From an uncultured Alphaproteobacteria bacterium (GTDB lineage: Bacteria; Pseudomonadota; Alphaproteobacteria; CAAHEQ01; UBA3637), in NCBI GenBank assembly GCA_944392585.1, contig CALXXA010000002.1:1-58427 (forward strand): a stretch of 58,427 nt of DNA, in the 5' to 3' direction. This document shows, one piece after another, positions 32,013 to 40,591 of the stretch; position 1 is the stretch's first letter; every line of letters begins with the position of its first letter. Both the position numbers and the translations under genes were made by a program. The notes beneath the pieces were generated by a model that saw nothing but the letters and a program-made list of their open reading frames with translations, ran no database searches and was not told the origin of the DNA.

Positions 32013-33791
32013 TTATAAAGAGTTCCCTCTCTCTTTCAATTCCTTGTTTACTTGTTTGTTTTCCTTGTTCGATGTTTTTTCTGTATTTTGCTTCATATTT
32101 TCTAACACTAATGTAACTGAAGTCAATTTTTCCTTTGTTTTTTCAAGCTCCTTAATAACTTTTGCCAAAGTTCTCTTTTCATTTTTCATTGTAAGAACAT
32201 TTCCTTTTTTATTCAAATCATCACAAGCGTCCTTCAAACTGCTTTTTTTCCTTGTAACCTTTGTACCTGTAGTAGATTTTCTACCTCTCTTCTTCTCTGT
32301 CTCAGGAATAACCGAAACCTCTTCTGTCATCTTCTGACTTGCCTCAGGACTTGCCATTCCTTCATTTTTTTTCATACTTGAAATATTCTCATTCTTTATT
32401 TCTTGATTTTTATTTGTTTCATAAAAAGCTTCCATATCTTTTTGAGTAAGATCATACGTCTTTGAAAAAGCTCCTTTAGGCATGTTAAATACCCCGGGAA
32501 TAGTTTGTGTAGACATATTACCCCTCGGCACAGCAGGAGTAGTTTTTAAAGAAGCGCTATTAGAAAGACTTGGCGCTTTGGGAGTAGACCAAAGAGGAAC
32601 GTTATTAGAAGGATCCGGTGCCTTGGGAGCAGACTCTGAAGAAGCGTTAGTAGCAACATTTGGAGCCATAGAGGTATATTCTAAAGGAACATTAAATAAT
32701 GTTGCCATCTGCCTATAACTATCCTGCATCTGAGTTACAGCAGGTTGAGAATTCTGACTAGTATAAGTGGCCAAGAGGCTATCAATCGCCGTAGGAATTT
32801 CAACAGAAGCTTTTTCTTTACCTTTTGTCATTCCAAAAAAATTCTTTCCTGTTTTCAAATTATCCCACGCATTTTTAAAATCATTTGTAATAGAGTGATG
32901 GAGTTTATTTTCTAGACTTTCTAATTCTTTTATTCCAAGTCTCAACCCATAAATTCCTTTTTGAGCCGGAGCATACATAATTATTTGGTCTGTTTTTGTA
33001 AATCCGCCTATTAAACCTTTTCTTTCGCGAACAGTCGGCATCCGTTCATAAATCACTGCGAAATTTTTTACTAATAACCGTTCTTTAAATAAGTTAATAT
33101 CCGATTCAGAATATTTCCCTTTTGGATCTTTTTGAATTCCTGATAACAAATCCGGATGCATATACATTAAATATCTTATTCTAAAAACTTCTGCATCTGC
33201 TTGAGAGTAAACTCCATTAGCATTTGGAAACAAATCTTTAAATAATTCTGGATTTGTCTGACGTAAACTATTTTCTTTATCTGCTATTCTTTTGGAAAGA
33301 ATTACCTCTTGCTGTCCCGTGTAACGTCCGTTATCAGAGGTTAATCCTTGATAAACATCTTCATTGTATCGTGCGATTAAACCTTGGGGACTATACAAAA
33401 AATCTCCTTGTATAGCTTGTAAAACATCCGACTCTGACAGCCCTTTTAACTTCCGCATGGAAGCGTTCCATAAAGCCGCTTTTTGATCTATATATTTAAT
33501 TTTTTCTTTTTTCTCTTCAAGGTACAAATCTGTCGTATATGCCGCATATGCAATGGGGAAAACCAAACATGCCATTAACAAAACATCCATTGCTTTATCT
33601 GGAGTTCCTTGTTCTAAAATATTTTTTATGATTTCTGCCCAAGAAGCCTCTGGATAATTTTCAGATTTCATTTTATCTTTATCGATTTTAGAAACGTATC
33701 CTTTCAACAAGTTTTCTTTTTCAATTTTCGGAGCACTCGGTAAAATACTGGCCGGAATTGAATTATTTGGGGTAACTTTTGTGTCTGGCAT
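32013..33791 (-). CDS. hypothetical protein with low-complexity and Lys-rich C-terminal half
   Basis: 592 aa. One hydrophobic helix near aa 70-90, a Ser/Pro/Ala-rich middle and a Lys/Glu-rich coiled-coil-like tail. No family recognised. Confidence 0.5.
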   Translation of the reverse strand: MPDTKVTPNNSIPASILPSAPKIEKENLLKGYVSKIDKDKMKSENYPEASWAEIIKNILEQGTPDKAMDVLLMACLVFPIAYAAYTTDLYLEEKKEKIKYIDQKAALWNASMRKLKGLSESDVLQAIQGDFLYSPQGLIARYNEDVYQGLTSDNGRYTGQQEVILSKRIADKENSLRQTNPELFKDLFPNANGVYSQADAEVFRIRYLMYMHPDLLSGIQKDPKGKYSESDINLFKERLLVKNFAVIYERMPTVRERKGLIGGFTKTDQIIMYAPAQKGIYGLRLGIKELESLENKLHHSITNDFKNAWDNLKTGKNFFGMTKGKEKASVEIPTAIDSLLATYTSQNSQPAVTQMQDSYRQMATLFNVPLEYTSMAPNVATNASSESAPKAPDPSNNVPLWSTPKAPSLSNSASLKTTPAVPRGNMSTQTIPGVFNMPKGAFSKTYDLTQKDMEAFYETNKNQEIKNENISSMKKNEGMASPEASQKMTEEVSVIPETEKKRGRKSTTGTKVTRKKSSLKDACDDLNKKGNVLTMKNEKRTLAKVIKELEKTKEKLTSVTLVLENMKQNTEKTSNKENKQVNKELKERGNSL

Positions 33792-33882
33792 GTTGAGCTC
33801 TCCTAATGTTTAATGTTTTTATATATCAATAAATTAATTTTATCATAAAAAAGATATTTTGTCTATTTCTTTTTGCCCCTTC

Positions 33883-34533
33883 TTATGCTTTTAGATTTTT
33901 TAAAAATTTTGCCAATTTTTCATTCTGTTTTTTTGCCTCTGCCGGAGATAAAATATTTTTTCCCTGGGAATCTGTCGTTATAATCGGAGAAAAATACGCT
34001 GGATTTGTAACTAAAACACTCCACGCCTCTTGCGGATTTTCATCAGCCATATTTAAGTAATTAGAAAGAAGCTTTTGAGCATTCACTGGAAATTTTTCTT
34101 TTTCAATTGCCGCAGCGAAAGAAAGAATAATTTCTTTTCTCTCCTCTGAATAAGAGTTAATTTTATTTTTAAAAGAGAGAAGTTGTTGTTCCAGTTTTTG
34201 CTTTTCTTCTTGAAAGGCTGAAATATCTTTATTGTGAATCGCTTGTACATATTCTATAAGCAATTTTCTCCAAAAATCGTCTTTTTGGTAATGTTTTTCA
34301 ATAGCTGCAATCATAGACGTCGTAGATATTTCTTTGACTTGAATTCCCAATAAGTACCCGATAATTTCCTTTGTATTGAAATCTATTTGAGGCATTAAAA
34401 CTTTTTCTGTTTCTTCCGTCACCTGTGTCGGATCTACTTTAAATGCAGGAGCTCCCTTTAAGACATCCTTATAACGCCATAATTGTGAATAAATCTCTAA
34501 GATTTGATTATTATAAATAGATTGTTCTGACAT
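33883..34533 (-). CDS. hypothetical protein
   Basis: 216 aa, helical/coiled-coil character. It is divergently transcribed from the VirB6-like array. No family recognised. Confidence 0.5.
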   Translation of the reverse strand: MSEQSIYNNQILEIYSQLWRYKDVLKGAPAFKVDPTQVTEETEKVLMPQIDFNTKEIIGYLLGIQVKEISTTSMIAAIEKHYQKDDFWRKLLIEYVQAIHNKDISAFQEEKQKLEQQLLSFKNKINSYSEERKEIILSFAAAIEKEKFPVNAQKLLSNYLNMADENPQEAWSVLVTNPAYFSPIITTDSQGKNILSPAEAKKQNEKLAKFLKNLKA

Positions 34534-34564
34534 TTTTCCCTCTTTAATAAAAAAACTACAAAAT

Positions 34565-34597
34565 ATTATAGACGAATGTTATTTTTAAGTCTATAAT
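34565..34597 (+). promoter_or_regulatory. candidate promoter with overlapping 9-bp inverted-repeat operator upstream of the VirB6-like array
   Basis: attatagac (34565-34573), 15 nt, then gtctataat (34589-34597), a perfect inverted repeat. The right arm contains TATAAT (34592-34597). TAGACG (34569-34574) sits 17 nt upstream as a -35 candidate. The ATG is at 34631. Confidence 0.4.
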
Positions 34598-34630
34598 TAA
34601 TGCAAAAATATTTTTAATTAAACGAGGCTG

Positions 34631-36334
34631 ATGATGAAGAAATTTTCTTATCCCGTTATTGCTTTTTTTATTGCTCTGCTGATTTTCCCGTCTATTGCAT
34701 TAGCCTTTGAACCTCTCTCCGCGGTACTTTTTACTCTAACAGGGGGTGCTGCCGTAACTCTTTTCGGAGCTATTTTAGTCGTTTATATCAATACAGGAGG
34801 ATCCGGATGTTGGTTTTGTCCGATATTTACCTCTGCCTTTGATACGATTAATGAAATTGCAACGACTCTTTTCCAAAGGTTAAGTATATCTTTTATGCCT
34901 TTCCTTGCGATAGGAGGTGCTCTTTGGATTCTTTTTATTGTCCTACGCTACGTCACAACTTTAAATGTACCTAACACCGGAGCTTTAATTCAATCGCTTT
35001 TTAACGTTCTCTGGAGAGTGGCCGTTGCAAGCATCATTCTAACGACTCCATTCACACTGAGAAGTGCTTCCATATTCGATTATACAATTAATCCTGTTAT
35101 TTCCTTTACCGGAGGTTTATCTTCCGAAATATTAAACGCTGCTGGATTAGGTAACGGATATGTTATAGAACGTAATAAAAATGATGAAGAGAAAAAACAC
35201 GAATTATGTGTACCATCTTCTGTTTCGGATCCTCGTTTTTTCCAAAACACCTTTGGAAATTACTTTAAAAGAAAAGCCTTAAACCAAGATGCTTATGACA
35301 GCATGTTATGTATGCTGAGAAAAATGAGCCTGGAACTTATTTTTGGAATTGGAATGGGATCAACTTTTATAATATCTGCTTTTACAACTAATTCTTCTCT
35401 TTTCTTTATTCCGGATTCTTCTTTGCTCATCTCCGGATTTGTCATATTTTTTAGCTACTTTGCTATGTTCATAATGTTCCCTTTTAAACTTATTGATATT
35501 TTAATTCGATTGGGCTTTGTTATTTCTTTAACCCCATTATTTGTTCTGTTCTGGACATTCCCTATCACTCGAGAATATGTTAAGAGAGGATGGGATATGT
35601 TTATTTCCTCAATGTTTACTCTTATCGCTTTATCTATTTTAATGGTTATTGCCATTCGGCTACTTTCTCAACCGGTGGCGGGAGGGAACATTCAAACAGT
35701 CGTAAAACTTTTAGCAGAAGGGAACGTATCAGAAGCAGGAGCAATCCTTTCAATTAGGGGAACAAGTCTTTTCATTATATTTATAGCAGCTTTCCTGTCT
35801 ATCAGAATTATAAGCATGGCTCCAGCCTTCGGCGCCTTGTTTGGAGGGGCAAGCATAAATAATACGCTTGGTAATGCATTATGGGAAACGACGTCTGGAA
35901 CAATTAAGACAATTTATAAAAACAGAAATATTGGGAGAAATCTCTATTCCTCTTTAAAATTAAGGAAAGGCGGAAACATTAACTCTGCTCCCAATCTAGA
36001 CTCAAAATCATCGAGAAGATTCCCAAGAAGACCCTCAGGAGGATTTGGTCCCGCAGGAACAAGAAATTTAGATACGCCACCGAGTACTCCGCCAACCAAA
36101 CCGTCTAACCTTTCTGAGACGACGCCCCCGAGTGTTTCGCCGACTGTAGGATCGACCATATCACTTACCCCGCCGCCTAGTATCTCTCCTAGTGTTTCTC
36201 CGAGTCTTTATAGTTCGAGAAATGCGGCAAGATCGAGAAAGAACGGGAGACTCCATGAAATGCGCCGCAACAATCTCTCTTCGGCTTCTTTAAGTCATAA
36301 CTTATCCTCTAGAAATAAAAGAAAGAAAAAATAA
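34631..36334 (+). CDS. VirB6/TrbL-like polytopic membrane protein, paralogue A, with Pro/Ser/Thr-rich basic tail
   Basis: 567 aa. FTSAFDTINEIATTLFQRL...GGALWILFIVLRY and LIRLGFVISLTPLFVLFWTFPITREYVKRGW parallel the Agrobacterium VirB6 N-terminal helix/LWI region and the GPLILVGYIFDRTRDIAAKW region as I recall them. CWFC motif at aa 60-63. Confidence 0.6.
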   Translation: MMKKFSYPVIAFFIALLIFPSIALAFEPLSAVLFTLTGGAAVTLFGAILVVYINTGGSGCWFCPIFTSAFDTINEIATTLFQRLSISFMPFLAIGGALWILFIVLRYVTTLNVPNTGALIQSLFNVLWRVAVASIILTTPFTLRSASIFDYTINPVISFTGGLSSEILNAAGLGNGYVIERNKNDEEKKHELCVPSSVSDPRFFQNTFGNYFKRKALNQDAYDSMLCMLRKMSLELIFGIGMGSTFIISAFTTNSSLFFIPDSSLLISGFVIFFSYFAMFIMFPFKLIDILIRLGFVISLTPLFVLFWTFPITREYVKRGWDMFISSMFTLIALSILMVIAIRLLSQPVAGGNIQTVVKLLAEGNVSEAGAILSIRGTSLFIIFIAAFLSIRIISMAPAFGALFGGASINNTLGNALWETTSGTIKTIYKNRNIGRNLYSSLKLRKGGNINSAPNLDSKSSRRFPRRPSGGFGPAGTRNLDTPPSTPPTKPSNLSETTPPSVSPTVGSTISLTPPPSISPSVSPSLYSSRNAARSRKNGRLHEMRRNNLSSASLSHNLSSRNKRKKK

Positions 36335-36345
36335 ACAGAACAACC

Positions 36346-37602
36346 ATGAAAAGCATATTAAACTATATTTTAAATAAAAAAATATTTTATGCCTTTCTTA
36401 TCTTGGTTGGGTGTGTTTTATTATCTGCCTGCGAATTCAAAGATTCCTATAACGCCGAAAAAGTTGCCGATGAAATGAGATCTATTCGCGGATGTTGGTC
36501 TTGTCAGGCATTTAGAACAGTTTACGACGCTGTCGGATCGGTTGCAAAAAGTGCCTACGAAAATATGCGCGTAATTGCTTTAAATCTTTTGGCAATATTT
36601 CTTGCTCTTTGGCTGCTTTTTAAAACTCTTTCTTTTATTACAATTATGAATATTCCGAATTATTCCAAATATTGGGTTGATGTTGCCAGGCGTATCATGC
36701 GTGCCGTTTTTGCCGGAGCCATTTTAATTAACACTCCTGTCATGATAAAATTTATAAACTTTATTGTTGAGCCTGTTTTCTTATTATTTATTTATCTTTC
36801 CATGCAAATAGTAAATGCAAATGATAACGCTTTTGCAGTTGGAGCTCTCATGGATGTCGGCTCTCAATTTCAAACAGACACTCCCTTCCCCGCGGGCGTA
36901 GGGAATCAACTTGAAAATTTGATTTATCGAATTCAGGTTGCTTTGGATATCGGTCGTTCTTTAGGTTTACGTATGATTATTCTCTCTGATTTCTCTGGTA
37001 TTTTTATTGGATTTTTTATTTTGATTATGTTCATTTCCTTATCAATCTTTTTCCCCTATTATTTTATAGATTCTCTTATACGGTTAGGATTTGTCATTAT
37101 TTTGTTTCCTCTTTTTGTTGTCGCCTGGGTATTCCCTAAAACAGTTATCATGTCTTTACTCGCCTGGAAAATTTTCTTTGCAGGTCTTGTCCAAATATTA
37201 ATCGGCTGTATATTTGCGGCTCTTTCTGTTTCTATTATTGAAGCTTATTCTCAATTACGCGGATATAATTTACTTCTAAATCCTATTTATCAAGATGCCA
37301 GCACAGAAACCATTCGTGAAATGACCCGAATGTCTGTATCATCTATATCTTTCCTGGTTCTATGTTTTTATATCAGTTTTCTTGCTATGAGAACTCAAAA
37401 GATAGCCGGATTTTTAACAGATTTACCAGCCACTTCTGTTCTGATTGGGATGATGGAAAAAGTAAAAAGTATCATGAAAGCCCTCCTTTATGCGGCCATT
37501 GCTACTGTTGCCACCTATTTTAGAATTCTTCCCATCGCAGCTGTTATGAAAAAGAAGGCATGGAAAGAGGCAAAAAACGCTATTATAAAAAATAACGGAT
37601 GA
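36346..37602 (+). CDS. VirB6/TrbL-like polytopic membrane protein, paralogue B (lipobox at N-terminus)
   Basis: 418 aa. Lipobox LLSAC, CWSC at aa 50-53, and LALWLLFKTLSF plus LIRLGFVIILFPLFVVAWVFPKT, all collinear with paralogues A and C. Confidence 0.6.
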   Translation: MKSILNYILNKKIFYAFLILVGCVLLSACEFKDSYNAEKVADEMRSIRGCWSCQAFRTVYDAVGSVAKSAYENMRVIALNLLAIFLALWLLFKTLSFITIMNIPNYSKYWVDVARRIMRAVFAGAILINTPVMIKFINFIVEPVFLLFIYLSMQIVNANDNAFAVGALMDVGSQFQTDTPFPAGVGNQLENLIYRIQVALDIGRSLGLRMIILSDFSGIFIGFFILIMFISLSIFFPYYFIDSLIRLGFVIILFPLFVVAWVFPKTVIMSLLAWKIFFAGLVQILIGCIFAALSVSIIEAYSQLRGYNLLLNPIYQDASTETIREMTRMSVSSISFLVLCFYISFLAMRTQKIAGFLTDLPATSVLIGMMEKVKSIMKALLYAAIATVATYFRILPIAAVMKKKAWKEAKNAIIKNNG

Positions 37603-37609
37603 GGGAAAA

Positions 37610-40435
37610 ATGATAAAGAAAACATTCTATCTTCTCATTCTTTTCCTTCTGGTTTTTTTAGCGGCTCATATTAACACTCAGTATTTTCCTTACATTGGAA
37701 TTACCGCTGTTTTTATCATTATCCTGTGCCTTGGATATGCCATTCATAAAACAAAATTATTTTATTATTCTAAAAAAGTTATTGTGTTCTTATTATTTTC
37801 TCTTTCCTTTTTTTACTTAACCTCGGCGTCTCCTGTTCTTGCACAAACATCAGAAACAACTCAGTCTGGGGGAACATTTTTTAAAAGTTTATTTTCTCAA
37901 GATGCAAAGCCATCTTTGGAAGAACAAATTCAAAAAGTTGGAAACGAGTTCCATAAAATATGGCGAATTTTGCCTGAAACCAGGACAGAAGAACAACAAA
38001 AAAAATATGATCAACTCAAGAAGCAATTAGAAAATCTTCTAAAGAAAAAAGCGAAAGAAGATAAAAAAGAAAAAGCAAAAACTCAATGTAAAACACCGCA
38101 TGAACTCTTGAGAGAAGTACAAAACGATTGTTGGTCTTGTGATTTAACTTATATAATTATTGAAGCTATAGATGGCGTCGCCACTTCCTTTTTTAATAAG
38201 GTTCAAGAAAATAACTACGCTTTAATCATCCTGGGTCTTGGATTTGCTTTTTGGTTATTATTCAATATCTTAAAATTTTTCACCTCTTGGCTTTTGACAG
38301 ACTTAGGAGAAGTATGGACAACGATATTTCGAAAACTTATACTCGTTATTTTCGCGGCGGCTCTTCTTATTTCTCCAATACGTCAAGTTTTTGATTGGAT
38401 ATTAACCCCCTTCTTTTCTTTTTCCGCTGCTATCAGTATGGAAATAGCAAACATCTCCACATTTGGGAATAACGTTTCTAAAATTGATGAATCGCTTTCA
38501 AAAACTTTAGAAGTTAACCCTATTGAATGTTCTTACTGCACAGCCATGAAAAAATCAGACGCAGCAGTTCCCTCTCCTAAAAACATAGAGAACGTTGATG
38601 TTCTAAACGCCCCTTCCATTCAAGACAGAGTTTTTTCATCTCAAATAAAAAACTCTATGTTATGTATCGTATGCTCGTTATATCGAACTATCTCGCCTCC
38701 TATTATTATCGGACAATCATTACTATGTTACTCCACTACCGAAGGAGCCTATTCTTTCCCTCCGAAATGGATTATCGGAGTTCCTGTCAGATTACAAATT
38801 CCCAACATGCTGATGTATACAGCGGGAATTGTCATTATTATCGTATTTATTCTTATAACCATTTTATTTCCACTTTTTTTAGTTGATGCCTTCTTTAGAA
38901 TAGGGTATGTTGCGACATTAATGCCCTTTTTGATTGTTGCATACGTTTTTGAATCAACTCGTATATATGCCAAAAATTCATTTAGAATAGTTCTACACGC
39001 TTTAAGCACCTTTTTATTTGTATCGATTATGTTTACTCTGTTGGTTCAAGTATTCTATACATCTTTAAGTTCCGACACACAAGCCATTACAAACGCGCTG
39101 GCCAGCAATGATATAAAAAGCTTATTTAACATATTTGTCCTTAATTCAGGATTTTTCCCTCTTTTAATGTGTATTTTTATTGGTTTTTTAGCCGTAAAAA
39201 TGATGTTTTTAATGGACGAGATAAGTAGTGAGTTAACAGCTATTAACCTGGAGAGCACTGGTGGAATTGGAGCCCTTATATCCGCTATAGATGTTATTAA
39301 ATCCCCAATGCCCGTAGTCAGTGAAATTTATGATGAAACCTGGGGATATGTCGGTTCGAAACGTGTCCCTCTTAACGCTCCGGAACTTCCCAAATATCAC
39401 AGTGCGGAAGCAAAATCTCGCCTTATTCGTTTAAAATCATATCAGAAATTTAACAAATATGCGGACAGCGTTGTTTCCTTCGGAGCCTCTCCGGCTCTTT
39501 CTGTTGAAGAAGAAATTCAAGCCACCGGAAATGTTTTTTCTAATAAAATTTACAATTTTAGAAGATCTATCATTCACAAAATTAATGAAATCGGTAAAAA
39601 TTCCACTGAAGGATTAAAAAGAACTGGGACAGAAATTAATTCTTTATTATCTAATATCTTTGGTCTGAACAATGTTTCTAAGACACCTTATTCCCAAAAC
39701 AAAGATCAAAAAACAAACAAAAAAGTTCAAAATATCTTCAAGCATCAAGGCTCCTCGAATATATTAAATAAAATACTAAACCTTTTTGCTCTCGGTAGTA
39801 ATGTTATCATCCTCCCTTTAATCGTACTAACCAAAACAGTCCAATTTGCTTCTTTACTTTCCGTTAAAGCCTTATTTGGAGTAATTTCCTTTGTGACACG
39901 CAAAGGAACTTATGTAACGCAAAAGACAGCTTCAGCGGCTATATCACTTCCCGGAAGATTAACTGCTTTAGGCCTCCAAAAAGCCGGTAAGTTAATTGCT
40001 CAAAACAAATACTTCACCAAAACAGCCGGAGCTACAAATAGTCTTGTTCTTGGAGCCATCGCCGGGACTGTTTTGGGAATTGCTCATTTCGCCTCCGGAC
40101 TAGGCAGTCTTGTTCCGGGATCCTCTCGTTCCAAAAAAGGTTTTTCTTTGGAAGGGAGAGATTTATCTTCTAAAGAAAATGAACTTCGAGTCGCTCGAAT
40201 TAAATTACAAGATTTGCATGATAAACGCCGCTCTATAGAAGTCAAACGTTATCTCTTGCTCGGTAAAGGGGTCTTATCTGAGAAAGACACTGCGGAATTA
40301 GCGTCAATAGAATCCGATTGGTCTCAAATGCTGAGCGAAATTACTTATTTTGAATCTATTGTAGCTTCTTTAGAATCAGAAGTATCCCACTTAAAAGAAA
40401 ATATTAGAAAACATCACAACGAACAGAAATCTTGA
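37610..40435 (+). CDS. VirB6/TrbL-like polytopic membrane protein, paralogue C, with long N- and C-terminal extensions
   Basis: 941 aa. CWSC at aa 174-177, FAFWLLFNILKF, and FFRIGYVATLMPFLIVAYVFESTRIYAKNSF (compare the VirB6 YIFDRTRDIAAKW region). A C-terminal extension of about 400 aa ends in a coiled coil, an architecture like the enlarged VirB6 paralogues of Rickettsiales. Confidence 0.6.
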   Translation: MIKKTFYLLILFLLVFLAAHINTQYFPYIGITAVFIIILCLGYAIHKTKLFYYSKKVIVFLLFSLSFFYLTSASPVLAQTSETTQSGGTFFKSLFSQDAKPSLEEQIQKVGNEFHKIWRILPETRTEEQQKKYDQLKKQLENLLKKKAKEDKKEKAKTQCKTPHELLREVQNDCWSCDLTYIIIEAIDGVATSFFNKVQENNYALIILGLGFAFWLLFNILKFFTSWLLTDLGEVWTTIFRKLILVIFAAALLISPIRQVFDWILTPFFSFSAAISMEIANISTFGNNVSKIDESLSKTLEVNPIECSYCTAMKKSDAAVPSPKNIENVDVLNAPSIQDRVFSSQIKNSMLCIVCSLYRTISPPIIIGQSLLCYSTTEGAYSFPPKWIIGVPVRLQIPNMLMYTAGIVIIIVFILITILFPLFLVDAFFRIGYVATLMPFLIVAYVFESTRIYAKNSFRIVLHALSTFLFVSIMFTLLVQVFYTSLSSDTQAITNALASNDIKSLFNIFVLNSGFFPLLMCIFIGFLAVKMMFLMDEISSELTAINLESTGGIGALISAIDVIKSPMPVVSEIYDETWGYVGSKRVPLNAPELPKYHSAEAKSRLIRLKSYQKFNKYADSVVSFGASPALSVEEEIQATGNVFSNKIYNFRRSIIHKINEIGKNSTEGLKRTGTEINSLLSNIFGLNNVSKTPYSQNKDQKTNKKVQNIFKHQGSSNILNKILNLFALGSNVIILPLIVLTKTVQFASLLSVKALFGVISFVTRKGTYVTQKTASAAISLPGRLTALGLQKAGKLIAQNKYFTKTAGATNSLVLGAIAGTVLGIAHFASGLGSLVPGSSRSKKGFSLEGRDLSSKENELRVARIKLQDLHDKRRSIEVKRYLLLGKGVLSEKDTAELASIESDWSQMLSEITYFESIVASLESEVSHLKENIRKHHNEQKS

Positions 40436-40464
40436 AAATTACATTTTCAATTAACTCTAACGTT

Positions 40465-40491
40465 CTTTAAAAGAGCTTTCTCCTTTTAAAG
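40465..40491 (+). terminator. weak AT-rich hairpin after the VirB6-like array
   Basis: ctttaaaag (40465-40473) pairs with cttttaaag (40483-40491) around a 9-nt loop, 30 nt after the stop of paralogue C. The stem is AT-rich and the T-run is poor. Confidence 0.3.
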
Positions 40492-40591
40492 AAATAACTT
40501 TTTCAAAAAAAAATTCATTTTTTTTATTTTTTGTCTATTTTCTCATGAAAAAATCTGCTATAAAGAAATACGATAAAAAGGAGGTAAATCT

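Noticed and set aside
31927-32337. 136-aa plus-strand ORF spanning the junction of the 348-aa and 592-aa genes
   Set aside because: It is antisense to two better-supported leftward genes, and its Phe/Ser/Leu-rich translation arises from the complement of Lys/Glu codons.
34808-38140. Reading the three CWxC membrane proteins as DsbB/VKOR-like disulfide oxidoreductases that serve the Cys-rich pilin-like proteins
   Set aside because: The idea is attractive given the CxxC motifs. However, the overall helix pattern and the conserved blocks match VirB6/TrbL rather than the four-helix DsbB or VKOR cores, and the second essential Cys pair is not conserved in all three. I keep it only as a side hypothesis within the VirB6 finding.
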